Assembly: GCA_049325335.1 (NCBI GenBank)
Contig: JBMOMC010000045.1
Span: 146,032-210,031, forward strand
Origin: Nitrospirota bacterium
Lineage (GTDB): Bacteria > Nitrospirota > Nitrospiria > 2-01-FULL-66-17
Direction of reading: 5' to 3'
DNA length: 64,000 bases
Part shown: positions 30,544 to 40,339 of the stretch, in pieces
Numbering within the stretch: position 1 is the first letter of the stretch
How the letters are laid out: each line of letters starts with the position of its first letter
The notes under the pieces: generated by a model
Databases searched by the model: none
The model's input: the letters and a program-made list of their open reading frames with translations, nothing else
Told to the model about the DNA's origin: nothing
Program-made: the position numbers and the translations under genes

Positions 30544-32081
30544 TGCCGCGCGGGGTCGGCAAGACATCCGGTAACGGCAAACGCCTCGCCACGCAGCAGT
30601 CCGTCAACGGCGCGATCAAGAGTATTTGCGACATCATGCGCCGGTCGAATTGCGCCGGGGCGTTGCAGTACGTGCCGGAACTGACGTGGATTCTGTTTCT
30701 GCGGATTCTGGATGAGCGCGAGATGCACGAGGCTGAAGCGGCCGAGGCCGTGGGCGCGGACTTTCTGCCGTCGCTCCGTAAACCGTATCGCTGGCAGGAC
30801 TGGGCGGCGCCCGAGGGGCCAACGCGCAAAGAGCTGCAGGCCGGTGCGATGGGTGCGTTCTTCGGATTCGTTAATGGCGAGTTGATTCCCCATCTCAAGA
30901 AACTCCGCGAGCGTCCCAACGCCACGCCGCGGCAGAAGGTCTTGAGCGAGATTTTCTCCGGGGTGGAGCGAACGCGCATCGATACCGAGCGCAATTTGCT
31001 CGACGTGCTGGACAAGGTTCACGAGATCAGCGCGGAGACTGTGGACCCCACGCACGTGTTCACGCTCTCCCAAATCTACGAAGGTTTGCTCCTCAAGATG
31101 GGCGAGAAGGGCAATGACGGCGGGCAGTTCTTCACCCCGCGCGAGATCATCCGGGCCATGGTGCGGGTGATCGATCCCGAGATCGGGGAAACGGTGTACG
31201 ACCCCGGCTGCGGAACCGGCGGCTTTCTGGCGCAGGCGTTCGAACATATGGCAGGGCCTAAGCACGCGAACATCAAGTCAGCCGATCAGTTGGAGACGCT
31301 CAAGCGGCACACGTTTTACGGCCGCGAGAAAGACAACGCGATCTACCCCATCGGCCTCGCGAACCTGGTGCTGCACAACATCGACGAGCCGCACATCTGG
31401 CACGGGAACGTGCTGACTGGCGCCGAGACCTACGGCGGTTTGTTCACGGGCGCGCCCGCGCTCTATGACGTGGTGCTGATGAATCCGCCGTTCGGCGGCA
31501 AAGAAGGCAAGGACGCGCAGACGCGCTTTGCCTACAAGACCGGCGCGACCCAGGTGCTGTTTCTCCAACACGTAATCGACAGCCTCAAGCCGGGCGGCCG
31601 CTGCGGGATCGTGCTCGACGAAGGCGTCTTGTTTCGCACCAACGAGACTGCGTTCGTGCAGACCAAACGCAAACTGCTGGATGACTGCGACCTGTGGTGC
31701 ATCGTGAGCCTGCCGGGCGGCGTGTTCACGGCCGCGGGGGCAGGGGTGAAGACGAATCTGTTGTTTTTCACCAAGGGCAAGCCGACCGAGCAGATCTGGT
31801 ACTACGATCTCTCCGATATCAAGGTCGGCAAGAAGACCCCGCTTACACTGGAGAAATTTGAGGACTTCTTCCGCCTGCTGCCGACACGAGGAGACAGCGA
31901 GCGCAGTTGGACCGTCTCGCGGAAAGCGATTGAAGAGAAAAATTACGACATCAAGGCCGTGAACCCCTATGCCAAGAGCACCGAAGATACCCGCACGCCG
32001 GAAGAACTGTTGGATGTGATCGACACGAAGGGGCGGGAGGTGACCGCGGCGCTGGCAGCGCTGCGAGGCCGGCGATCTTGA
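30543..32081 (+). CDS. hsdM: Type I R-M N6-adenine methyltransferase subunit M
   Basis: GQFFTPR, YDPGCGTGGFL, NPPF; TGATG overlap with fic. Confidence 0.95.
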   Translation: MPRGVGKTSGNGKRLATQQSVNGAIKSICDIMRRSNCAGALQYVPELTWILFLRILDEREMHEAEAAEAVGADFLPSLRKPYRWQDWAAPEGPTRKELQAGAMGAFFGFVNGELIPHLKKLRERPNATPRQKVLSEIFSGVERTRIDTERNLLDVLDKVHEISAETVDPTHVFTLSQIYEGLLLKMGEKGNDGGQFFTPREIIRAMVRVIDPEIGETVYDPGCGTGGFLAQAFEHMAGPKHANIKSADQLETLKRHTFYGREKDNAIYPIGLANLVLHNIDEPHIWHGNVLTGAETYGGLFTGAPALYDVVLMNPPFGGKEGKDAQTRFAYKTGATQVLFLQHVIDSLKPGGRCGIVLDEGVLFRTNETAFVQTKRKLLDDCDLWCIVSLPGGVFTAAGAGVKTNLLFFTKGKPTEQIWYYDLSDIKVGKKTPLTLEKFEDFFRLLPTRGDSERSWTVSRKAIEEKNYDIKAVNPYAKSTEDTRTPEELLDVIDTKGREVTAALAALRGRRS

Positions 32082-32126
32082 GCGCGGGAATGACGACGCG
32101 GCAGCTTGGGATGCTCGCGTGATGCG

Positions 32127-32792
32127 CTATGCGCGTGCGTAGCGCGTCGTATCCTCCACCCCCGCCTCCGCGAACGCCTTGCGTCGCTCCGCGCACTTGT
32201 TGCACCGGCCGCAATGCCTGAGGCCGACCGGCCGGATGCAGGAGTACGTCAGGCCCCACGGCAGATGGCGGTATTGCGCGATCACGTCGGTTTTGTGGAG
32301 CGCGCGAAAGGGCGTGTTGATCGGGATTGACGCGCTCAGGCCCTGCTGGATCGCGACGCTCATCGCATCGAAGAACTCCGGTGTGGCGTCCGGAAACGGG
32401 TTGTCCATGAGCGGCCCCACCGCGAGCGCGTCCAGATCGTGGAGCGCGGCGTACACCGCGGCTTTGCTCAGCAATAAGAGGTTACGCCCCGGAAGATACA
32501 CGGCGGGATCGAGGCTGTCGGCGTCGGGCACGTTGCGGCCCGTCAGGCTCCAGTGCCGGCCGTACAAATCAGCAACCGGCACATCCAGCACCACCGGCGC
32601 ATCGAGCCGCGCGGACGCGAGGTGCGTCACGAGCCGGCCCAACCATCGGCGCTCGACCGATTCCCACCGAAGGCCGGCCCGCACGTATAACGGGGTGACG
32701 CGGCTAAAACGCCCCAACGCCCAAGTAATGAGCGCGGCGCTCTCCACCCCGCCGCTGGTGAGCACGCCGATTTTCCCGGCCCGTCGCCCCAC
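32127..32792 (-). CDS. queC: QueC-family PP-loop ATPase (7-cyano-7-deazaguanine synthase-like)
   Basis: SGGVES PP-loop variant, YLPGRN, FPD, TYSC...HCGRCNKCAER zinc motif. Confidence 0.8.
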   Translation of the reverse strand: MGRRAGKIGVLTSGGVESAALITWALGRFSRVTPLYVRAGLRWESVERRWLGRLVTHLASARLDAPVVLDVPVADLYGRHWSLTGRNVPDADSLDPAVYLPGRNLLLLSKAAVYAALHDLDALAVGPLMDNPFPDATPEFFDAMSVAIQQGLSASIPINTPFRALHKTDVIAQYRHLPWGLTYSCIRPVGLRHCGRCNKCAERRKAFAEAGVEDTTRYARA

Positions 32793-32824
32793 GGAGGACT
32801 ATTGGATCGGGCGACGCCGCGCGA

Positions 32825-33247
32825 TCATCCGGCCCTTGGGCTACGCGGCCGTTCGTACGTGGCGTACGACGTTTCGGTCTCCCACAGCCGAACCTGCGTG
32901 AGCGGGAATCCGCGGGACTCCGCGAACTCGTAGATCAACTTCGCGATCGCTTCGGCCGTGGGGTTTTCATCCATCACGACCAACGGTTCGCCCATACCGC
33001 GCAAGGCCTCGACCAGGGGATCATCCTTGCGAAGCAGCATGCGATGATCGATCTCGCGGTCCAACCAGACTTGCACCGCAGACTTGATTTCGGAAAAATC
33101 GTAGACCATGCCCCGATGGTCGAGGGCTTCGGCCTCCAATTCGATCTCCACCGCGCCGTTGTGCCCGTGGGGCACGCGGCACTTGCCGTCGTAGTCCATC
33201 AGTCGATGGCCGTAACAAAACGTCAATCGCTTGGTGACTCGGTACAC
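32825..33247 (-). CDS. queD: 6-carboxytetrahydropterin synthase / PTPS family
   Basis: YGHRL...GKC..PHGHN, GMVYDF, DH, NPTAE, WET. Confidence 0.88.
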   Translation of the reverse strand: MYRVTKRLTFCYGHRLMDYDGKCRVPHGHNGAVEIELEAEALDHRGMVYDFSEIKSAVQVWLDREIDHRMLLRKDDPLVEALRGMGEPLVVMDENPTAEAIAKLIYEFAESRGFPLTQVRLWETETSYATYERPRSPRAG

Positions 33248-33264
33248 GGATTTACCTCGTGCTT

Positions 33265-34002
33265 CTATGACGCAACAAAGCGCCCGCCATCAATGAGATA
33301 CGTCCCGCCAGTTGCAAAATCGGTCCCTTCGATCAAAAACAGCACGGCCTGCACAATGTCCTCCGGCGATCCGATGCGCTGAAGCGGGGTTGCGCGCACC
33401 ACCCGCTGGCGCTCGTCTTCGTCCATGTCTTCCGGCATGAGGATCGGGCCCGGCGCGATGCAGTTGACCTGAATGGCGGGCGCGAGTTCCTGCGCGAGCG
33501 ATTGGGTCAGCGCGATCACCCCAGCCTTGGACACGCAGTACGGCAAATACTCGGGGTACGGCCGCATCCCGGCCCAGTCCGCGAAGTTGATGATCTTGCC
33601 CTCGCCCCGCGCGAGCATGTGGCCGGCCACGGCCTTGGCGCAGAGAAAGCTGCCTTTGAGATTGATATCGACTGTGAGGTCCCACTCGCTCTCGGTCAGT
33701 TGGGCGAACGGGGTCTTGAAATACACCGCTGCGTTGTTGATGAGCACGTCGATCCGGCCGAACCGCTCGATCGCGCTCGCCACCATACGCTGCACGTCGG
33801 CGGCGTTGGACACGTCGCCCGGCACGGCCAACGCGTCCACGCCCACACGCCGCAGTTCCTGGACCACGCCCTGCGCATCCGCGTTGGAATACCGGTAGTT
33901 GATCACCAAATTGGCCCCGCGCCGCGCCACCGCGCGCGCCAAGTGGCTGCCGATACGCCTGGCCCCGCCGGTGATGAACACGGTTCGCTTTTCTAGGCGC
34001 AT
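33265..34002 (-). CDS. SDR oxidoreductase, pteridine reductase (FolM/PTR1)-like
   Basis: TGGARRIG, NNAAVY, YCVSK, VNCIAPG. Confidence 0.75.
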   Translation of the reverse strand: MRLEKRTVFITGGARRIGSHLARAVARRGANLVINYRYSNADAQGVVQELRRVGVDALAVPGDVSNAADVQRMVASAIERFGRIDVLINNAAVYFKTPFAQLTESEWDLTVDINLKGSFLCAKAVAGHMLARGEGKIINFADWAGMRPYPEYLPYCVSKAGVIALTQSLAQELAPAIQVNCIAPGPILMPEDMDEDERQRVVRATPLQRIGSPEDIVQAVLFLIEGTDFATGGTYLIDGGRFVAS

Positions 34003-34139
34003 AGGGAGGCGATCTTAAAGGCTAGCGGTAATGGTGTCAATCACCGCGAATCCGTAGGGGCATGGCGACATGGGGTCGCACGACAAATTGCTCTTTGCCC
34101 GGCCTTTTTGTATCATCACCCGGGATCGGACTGCCTGCT

Positions 34140-35171
34140 GTGGCCAAGGAAACCTACCGTAGTGCCGGCGTAGACATCGACGCCGGCGATCGCGTGGTCG
34201 AACTCATTAAGCCCCTGGTCAAGGCCACGTTCCGCCCCGAGGTGCTCACGGACCTGGGCGGATTCGCCGGACTCTTCCGGTTCGACAGCGCCAAATACCG
34301 CGAACCCGTGCTGGTCTCCGGCACCGACGGCGTGGGGACCAAACTCAAGATCGCCCAATTGATGCGCCGCCACGACACCATCGGGATCGACCTGGTGGCC
34401 ATGTGCGTGAACGACATCGTGGTGTGCGGGGCCGAACCCTTGTTTTTCCTGGATTACTTCGCCACCGGCAAGCTCCATCCCGAAGAAGCCCGCGACGTGA
34501 TCGGCGGCATCGCGGACGGGTGCCGGCAGGCCGGGTGCGCGCTCATCGGCGGGGAAACCGCGGAGATGCCGTCGATGTATGCCGATGGGGAATACGATCT
34601 GGCTGGATTCGCGGTGGGCGTGGTGGATCGCCCCCGGATCATCGACGGCCGGTCCATCATTCCCGGCGACGCGATCATCGGCCTCGCCTCGAGCGGCCTG
34701 CACAGCAACGGGTACTCCCTGGTGCGAAAACTCCTGTTCGACGTCGAGGGGCTCGCGGTGGACGATCGTCTGCCCGAGTTGGGCGGCGCATTGGGCCCCG
34801 TGTTGTTGACCCCGACGCGTATTTACGCCAAAACCGTGCTGAGTCTGGCGCAGACTCATTCCCTCAAGGGCATCGCGCACATCACGGGCGGCGGGATCAC
34901 GGAAAATCTGCCTCGGGTGCTGCCGCCCGGGTGCGCCGCGGTGATCGACCCGCGCGCGTGGACGCCGCCGCCCATCTTTCAGGTGCTCCAATCGCGCGGC
35001 GAACTCGCGGACGAGGAGATGCGGCGCACCTTCAATATGGGCATCGGGTTGACGCTCGTAGTCGCGGCCGACGCCGCGCAGGCGGTGCGCACCGCGGCCG
35101 AGGCGTTCGGCGAGCGCGCGTTCCTGATCGGCCGCATCGAACCCGGCGAGCCTTCCGTACGGTATGCCTAA
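34140..35171 (+). CDS. purM: Phosphoribosylformylglycinamidine cyclo-ligase
   Basis: [37 protein letters not shown]. Confidence 0.97.
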   Translation: MAKETYRSAGVDIDAGDRVVELIKPLVKATFRPEVLTDLGGFAGLFRFDSAKYREPVLVSGTDGVGTKLKIAQLMRRHDTIGIDLVAMCVNDIVVCGAEPLFFLDYFATGKLHPEEARDVIGGIADGCRQAGCALIGGETAEMPSMYADGEYDLAGFAVGVVDRPRIIDGRSIIPGDAIIGLASSGLHSNGYSLVRKLLFDVEGLAVDDRLPELGGALGPVLLTPTRIYAKTVLSLAQTHSLKGIAHITGGGITENLPRVLPPGCAAVIDPRAWTPPPIFQVLQSRGELADEEMRRTFNMGIGLTLVVAADAAQAVRTAAEAFGERAFLIGRIEPGEPSVRYA

Positions 35172-35799
35172 AAAAACGATCACCCTCGGCGTGATGGCCT
35201 CCGGTCGCGGGAGCAATCTCCAGTCGATCCTCGACGCGATCGCGGCCGGACGGCTCGACGCCCAGGTCGCGCTGGTGATTAGTGATCGCGAGGACGCGGC
35301 CGCCTTGGATCGCGCGCGCGCGGCCGGCGTGCCCGCGCGGTACTTGAACCCGAAAGCGTTCCCGAACCGCGAAGCGCACGATGTCGCGGCAGCCGACCTG
35401 CTGCGCGGCGCGGGCGTGGAATTGGTCGCGCTGGCCGGGTACATGCGGCTCATCACGCGCGCCCTGCTGGAGGCATTCCCCGATCGGATCATCAACGTGC
35501 ACCCGTCGTTGCTGCCCGCGTTCCCGGGCCTGCACGCGCAGCGCCAAGCGGTCGACTACGGCGTGAAACTTGCGGGCTGTACCATCCATTTTGTAACCGA
35601 AGGCTTGGACAACGGAGCCATCATCCTCCAAGCCGCGGTACCGGTCCGGGATGACGACACCGAGGCCGTGCTCGCGGAGCGGATTCTCGCGGAGGAGCAC
35701 CGCCTGCTGCCGGAAGCGCTCCAGTTGTACGCCGAAGGACGCCTCAGTCTGGACGGCCGCCGGGTTCGAATCGCGCCGCCCGCATCGGTGGTATTGTAA
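35164..35799 (+). CDS. purN: Phosphoribosylglycinamide formyltransferase
   Basis: [26 protein letters not shown]. Confidence 0.97.
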   Translation: MPKKTITLGVMASGRGSNLQSILDAIAAGRLDAQVALVISDREDAAALDRARAAGVPARYLNPKAFPNREAHDVAAADLLRGAGVELVALAGYMRLITRALLEAFPDRIINVHPSLLPAFPGLHAQRQAVDYGVKLAGCTIHFVTEGLDNGAIILQAAVPVRDDDTEAVLAERILAEEHRLLPEALQLYAEGRLSLDGRRVRIAPPASVVL

Positions 35800-35805
35800 G
35801 AGCCC

Positions 35806-36285
35806 ATGGACGCACACACCGCGGGGAACGAGTTGCGGCCCGAGGAATATCTCGAACTCGGGATCCTCTATGTTCGAGAGGGACGCTTCGAGGACGCAAA
35901 CCGCGCGCTCAAACAAGCGGCCCTCAAGTACGGCGATCGGAGCGACAAACACGTCCCGCCGGTCTTGTTGTCGTACTACGGCCTCTGCCTGGTGGCGCTT
36001 CGACGCGACGCGGACCGCGGGCTCCGATACTGCAAACGCGCCGTCCATGAGGCTGAGGCGCGCCCCGATTTTTATTGGAACCTGGGCAAAGCGTACCTAT
36101 TCCTCAAGAAGAAACCGGAAGCGATCACCGCGTTTCAACACGGCCTTGAGATCGACGACGATCCCCGCCTCCTCGCTGCGCTCAACCGCCTGGGCAGCCG
36201 GAAATTGCCCATGATCCCATTTTTGCCGCGCCGGCACTTCCTCAATCGGTATCTGGGTTTGTGGCGCTCCCGTCGTCGCCGATGA
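35806..36285 (+). CDS. TPR-repeat protein
   Basis: YLELGILY..., YWNLGKAY...A...F..GL helical repeats. Confidence 0.75.
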   Translation: MDAHTAGNELRPEEYLELGILYVREGRFEDANRALKQAALKYGDRSDKHVPPVLLSYYGLCLVALRRDADRGLRYCKRAVHEAEARPDFYWNLGKAYLFLKKKPEAITAFQHGLEIDDDPRLLAALNRLGSRKLPMIPFLPRRHFLNRYLGLWRSRRRR

Positions 36286-36860
36286 TCCGAGCTCTCGTCG
36301 CGTTCGTCCTGGTATTGGGCGCCGCCCACGCCGCGTGGGCCGGTCCGCGCGACGGCCAATGGTGGTTGGCCGCGCCGGAATCCTTTCGACTCGGGTATGT
36401 CGCCGGCTATCTGGCCGGACGCGACGAGCAAGCGACGCGCTGGGGCGCGCTGGCGAACGACACCGCCGCGCAACTGCCGGAGGAAGCGCGCAGTCAGATC
36501 GAACCGGTCTTGGACGCGCTGCGCGAGAGCGACAAGGCCTTTGCGGACGTGACCTACGCGCAACTCGTCGAGCAGCTCGACGGGTTCTACCGCCCGGAGA
36601 AAAACCGACGCATCCCCTTGGAGCAAGCGCTCACCGTGGTCCGACAAGCCCTGGCCGGCGTGGATCAACCATACCTCTACTGCCAGGTGGAGTACTTCCG
36701 GCTCGCCCATAACAGCGAGATCCCCATGAAGGAACGGCTCGAAGCCCTGGGCAAGAAGGCCGCCGAGTGCGCGGAGATGAGCCCGCACAAAGATCTGGGT
36801 CCCGAGGGCGGCGTGGACGAGCGCTACGGTTTGCCCGAAGGACACCCCACAACCGAATAA
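36282..36860 (+). CDS. Secreted hypothetical protein
   Basis: Signal peptide ending AWA; ATGA overlap with the upstream gene; helical body. Confidence 0.7.
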   Translation: MIRALVAFVLVLGAAHAAWAGPRDGQWWLAAPESFRLGYVAGYLAGRDEQATRWGALANDTAAQLPEEARSQIEPVLDALRESDKAFADVTYAQLVEQLDGFYRPEKNRRIPLEQALTVVRQALAGVDQPYLYCQVEYFRLAHNSEIPMKERLEALGKKAAECAEMSPHKDLGPEGGVDERYGLPEGHPTTE

Positions 36861-36919
36861 CCCCGGTCGTTGCGCCGCCGCGTAAGTTTTGCTATGATCC
36901 GTCGCGCCGCCGTTGACGT

Positions 36920-36995
36920 GGGGGGTTAGCTCAGTTGGGAGAGCGGCTGGTTCGCAATCAGCAGGTCACCGGTTCGATCCCGGTACCCTCCACCA
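36920..36995 (+). tRNA. tRNA-Ala(CGC)
   Basis: 76-nt cloverleaf, anticodon arm GCTGG-TTCGCAA-TCAGC, G3:U70 pair, TTCGA loop, encoded CCA; upstream TTGCGC-17 nt-TATGAT. Confidence 0.97.
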
Positions 36996-37090
36996 TTTTC
37001 TCCCCATATTTTCCTGTAGTTAGCCGCACTCAGCTCTCACCCCAGAAATCCCTCATCAGTCTAGCCGCTACCAGTTTGCTACCACTTCAC

Positions 37091-37285
37091 TCATCCGGTC
37101 GACACGAAACTGTCTAGTGGGCCGACTGGTCCGATCTCAGATGAAGTCTTTTTCTGATGTAATATCAACTTCTTGAACGACAAATTGTACGCCACTGCAA
37201 GGACGAAGGACGAGGCAGAAAATCTTGCTGAATAGCTCATAATCAGCAGGTTTTTCTGCCCATGTCTTAGATAGATCACTTTCAT
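37091..37285 (-). pseudogene. Probable 5' stub of a histidine phosphatase (CobC-like)
   Basis: MKVIYLRHGQ (RHG motif), ATGA-coupled to cbiA; then AT-rich sequence with no phosphatase similarity. Confidence 0.5.
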
Positions 37286-38676
37286 TGTTTTTTTCCATCA
37301 TGAGTGATTGACGGCGCGTCGCACCATCGCTTGACTATCGTGGGGTTGGATCCGAAGTGGAGATGGACATAGCTGGCGACGACGTTTCGCGAGTGCCAGC
37401 CCTCCCGCCCTATCACCCGACCGGCTTTATCGAGCAGGCGATACGGGCGCGACCACTCCCCGGTCGGCTCCGGCTCATCGATCCATTCCGAGTAGTGGAA
37501 TTCGTGCCCACGCGCACGTTCACCCTTGGTGAGAATGGGCAGGTCGGCCACGGCTTCCACCTCACGATAACCCAGCGCCTTGCGCCTCGGGAGCATGCGG
37601 ACTTCTCCAGGCAGGAGGCCGACCATTCGATGGCGGGTACCGTCCAACGTATGTAACGTTTGGCTGAGGTACATGAGGCCTCCACATTCGGCGTAGACCG
37701 AACCACCGCGTCGAACGAATTGTGTGATAGCCTCGCGCATCAGCTCACCGGCCGAAAGCGCTTCGGCGTGAAGTTCGGGATAACCGCCTCCAAGATAGAG
37801 GCCGTCAAGGTCCGGAGGAAGCGCCTCATCGTGCAAGGGGGAGAATGGGACGAGTTCCGCTCCCCCGGCTTCCAACAATTCGAGATTGTCGAGATAATAA
37901 AAGGAGAACGCCTCGTCGCGCGCCACGCCGATCCGGCAATGGTGCGGACGTTCGCTCTTCATGATCGGTGACTCGTCAAGCGGTGGAGCGTCTCCCGCCA
38001 AATGAAGAATGGTCCGGAGATCGAACCATCGGCGCGCGAGCTCGACGAGCCGCTCGTTCAGACCTGGCGTCATGATTGAGCGATCAGCGCCCACCAGACC
38101 GAGATGCCGTTCGGGGATGACGATTCCCGGGTCTACCGGCAGGCCGCCCAACACCTTCAGCGGCGTCGTGCGTTCCACCGCCTCGCGCAGCCAGGCCAGG
38201 TGGCGCTCACTCCCAACCCGGTTGAAGATCACGCCGGCCCACGGCACTTCCGAATCGTAGCGAACGCACCCCAGCGCCAACGCCGCCGCGGTCGTCGCCA
38301 TGCCCGACGCGTCGATGACCAGGATGACCGGTGCCCCAAGCCACTTGGCCATCTGCGCCGTGCTGCCGATCTCGCTCCCCACCCACGCACCATCATAGAG
38401 GCCCATCACGCCTTCGATGATCGCCAGCGACGCACCCGCCGAGGCGCGCGCGAGCGATTGTTTGACCACGGCCTCGCCCATCATCCACCCATCCAGATTT
38501 CTGCACGGTCGCGCCGCAGCCACAGTGTGGTGGGTCGGATCGAGATAATCCGGGCCAACTTTGAACGGCTGAATGGGCAGTTTGCTGTCCCGCAACGCGA
38601 GCGTCAGGGCCAGCATGACCGTGGTTTTGCCCACGCCGCTATGCGTGCCGGCAACGATTAACCGGGGCAACTTCAC
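37282..38676 (-). CDS. cbiA: Cobyrinate a,c-diamide synthase
   Basis: SGVGKTT, FKVGPDYLDP, IEGVMGLYDG, ERHLGL, YAECGG, GHEFHYS. Confidence 0.96.
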   Translation of the reverse strand: MKLPRLIVAGTHSGVGKTTVMLALTLALRDSKLPIQPFKVGPDYLDPTHHTVAAARPCRNLDGWMMGEAVVKQSLARASAGASLAIIEGVMGLYDGAWVGSEIGSTAQMAKWLGAPVILVIDASGMATTAAALALGCVRYDSEVPWAGVIFNRVGSERHLAWLREAVERTTPLKVLGGLPVDPGIVIPERHLGLVGADRSIMTPGLNERLVELARRWFDLRTILHLAGDAPPLDESPIMKSERPHHCRIGVARDEAFSFYYLDNLELLEAGGAELVPFSPLHDEALPPDLDGLYLGGGYPELHAEALSAGELMREAITQFVRRGGSVYAECGGLMYLSQTLHTLDGTRHRMVGLLPGEVRMLPRRKALGYREVEAVADLPILTKGERARGHEFHYSEWIDEPEPTGEWSRPYRLLDKAGRVIGREGWHSRNVVASYVHLHFGSNPTIVKRWCDAPSITHDGKKQ

Positions 38677-39467
38677 GAAGGTTTCGCTTCGGACGGTGCT
38701 ACGGCTTTTCGATAGCCGTGCGAGAACGCGGCATCGTAGAGACGCGATCGCGTACCCTGGACGTTCAAGAAGCGACCGATGAATATCAGCGCGGTCTTGG
38801 TGATCCCGGCTTGGCGCACGATCGTCACGAGGTCCGAGAGCACGCCCGTCACGACGCGCTCGTCCGGCCAACTGGCACGATAGACCACTGCGATCGGCGT
38901 GTCGGCGGTGTAGCCCGTCAATAGGTCAGCCTGGACCTGCTTAACTAGATTGGCGGAAAGAAAGAGGATCAGCGTGGCCCGGTGTCGAGCCAGCTCGCTG
39001 AGCCGTTCGGTCTCCGGCATCGGCGTGCGCCCTTCGGCCCGCGTCAGGATCACGGTCTGCACCGCCTCAGGCACGGTCAACTCGCGACCCAGCGTAGCCG
39101 CAGCCGCGAGAAATGAACTCACCCCGGGGACGATCTCCACGTCGAGACCCGAGGCGATCAAGGGTTGGGCCATTTCCCCCAACGCCCCGAAGATCCCGGG
39201 GTCGCCCGATGCGAGCCGAACCACGCGCTTACCGGACTTCGCGGCGTTGACCATGGTCTCCACGATCTCTTCGAGCACCATGACGGCGCTGTCGTAGCGA
39301 AGGGTCTCGGGGCGCAGGAGCGCGAGCACCTCGGGACTGAGCAACGACCCCGCATACACGACCACGTCCGCTTCTTGCAACAGGCGCACACTTTTGACCG
39401 TCATCAATTCGGGATCGCCGGGCCCGGCCCCTACAATGGAGACGGGCCAGGTTTGGGTTGAAGTCAT
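38673..39467 (-). CDS. cbiF: Cobalt-precorrin-4 C11-methyltransferase
   Basis: VGAGPGDPEL, YAGSL, RLASGDP, ELTVPEAVQTVILTR, LYDAAFSHGYR. Confidence 0.95.
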   Translation of the reverse strand: MTSTQTWPVSIVGAGPGDPELMTVKSVRLLQEADVVVYAGSLLSPEVLALLRPETLRYDSAVMVLEEIVETMVNAAKSGKRVVRLASGDPGIFGALGEMAQPLIASGLDVEIVPGVSSFLAAAATLGRELTVPEAVQTVILTRAEGRTPMPETERLSELARHRATLILFLSANLVKQVQADLLTGYTADTPIAVVYRASWPDERVVTGVLSDLVTIVRQAGITKTALIFIGRFLNVQGTRSRLYDAAFSHGYRKAVAPSEAKPS

Positions 39468-40339
39468 GGCGTGCCGTCCCGCCGCCCCGCGCAAGGATCC
39501 GTTCCCGGCGTCCACCCCGCCGGGCGCGCGAGCGAGATGCCCGGCCGATCGACCTCTTGATAGAGCAGATCGCCCGACTCGATGTCGTATTTATTGGTGT
39601 AGCCCCGCGGGGTCACAAGATAGTCGCCAAAGCGCGTGGTGTTCGAATTGCCGATCAGGATCGTGGTCAGCATTCCGACTTCCGCGTCTTTCATGTGCTC
39701 CAGGGTCGAGAGCACAATGCGTTCCCCCTCGCGGTACGCGCTTTTCACCACCGCGATCGGCGTGGTCGGCGCCCGGTACTGCAAGAGAATCTCCTGCGCG
39801 CGACCCAGTTGCCACGTCCGCCGCTTGCTCTGCGGATTGTAGAGCGCGACCACGAAGTCTCCCCGCCCCGCCGCATCCAACCGCCGTTCGATGACCTCCC
39901 ACGGCGTGAGCAGATCGCTCAAGCTGACCGCGGCGAAGTCATGGGTCAGCGGTGCGCCGATCCGCGCCGCCACCGAGGACAACGCGGTGACGCCCGGCAC
40001 CACCTCCACCGGGAAATCGCGCCCCGTCTCCCACCCCGTCTCGCGCAGGACCTCGAACACCAGGCCCGCCATGCCGTAGATCCCCACATCGCCGCTGGAG
40101 ACGACGGCGACCTTGCGTCCCGCGCGCGCCGCCTCCACCGCCGCCCGCGCGCGCTCGATCTCCTCGGTCATCCCGGTGGAGACGACCTCCTTGCCGTCCA
40201 GGAGATCAGCCACCAGGTCGATGTACGTCCTATAGCCGACGACCACCTCGGCCTCGCGAATCGCCTCGCGGGCGCGAATCGTCAAATGCTCGCCGTGGCC
40301 GGGCCCGAAGCCAACCAGTGACAATGTGCCTTGCGTCAT
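39464..40339 (-). CDS. cbiH: Cobalt-precorrin-3 C17-methyltransferase
   Basis: SSGDVGIYGMAG, GAPLTHDF, SLSDLLTPW, LYNP, TPRGY. Confidence 0.95.
   Translation of the reverse strand: MTQGTLSLVGFGPGHGEHLTIRAREAIREAEVVVGYRTYIDLVADLLDGKEVVSTGMTEEIERARAAVEAARAGRKVAVVSSGDVGIYGMAGLVFEVLRETGWETGRDFPVEVVPGVTALSSVAARIGAPLTHDFAAVSLSDLLTPWEVIERRLDAAGRGDFVVALYNPQSKRRTWQLGRAQEILLQYRAPTTPIAVVKSAYREGERIVLSTLEHMKDAEVGMLTTILIGNSNTTRFGDYLVTPRGYTNKYDIESGDLLYQEVDRPGISLARPAGWTPGTDPCAGRRDGTP

Noticed and set aside
25534..33247. Dpd-type 7-deazaguanine DNA modification system from R-M plus queC/queD adjacency
   Set aside because: No dpdA/tgt-like gene is visible, the clusters are convergent, and HsdM has an ordinary NPPF motif.
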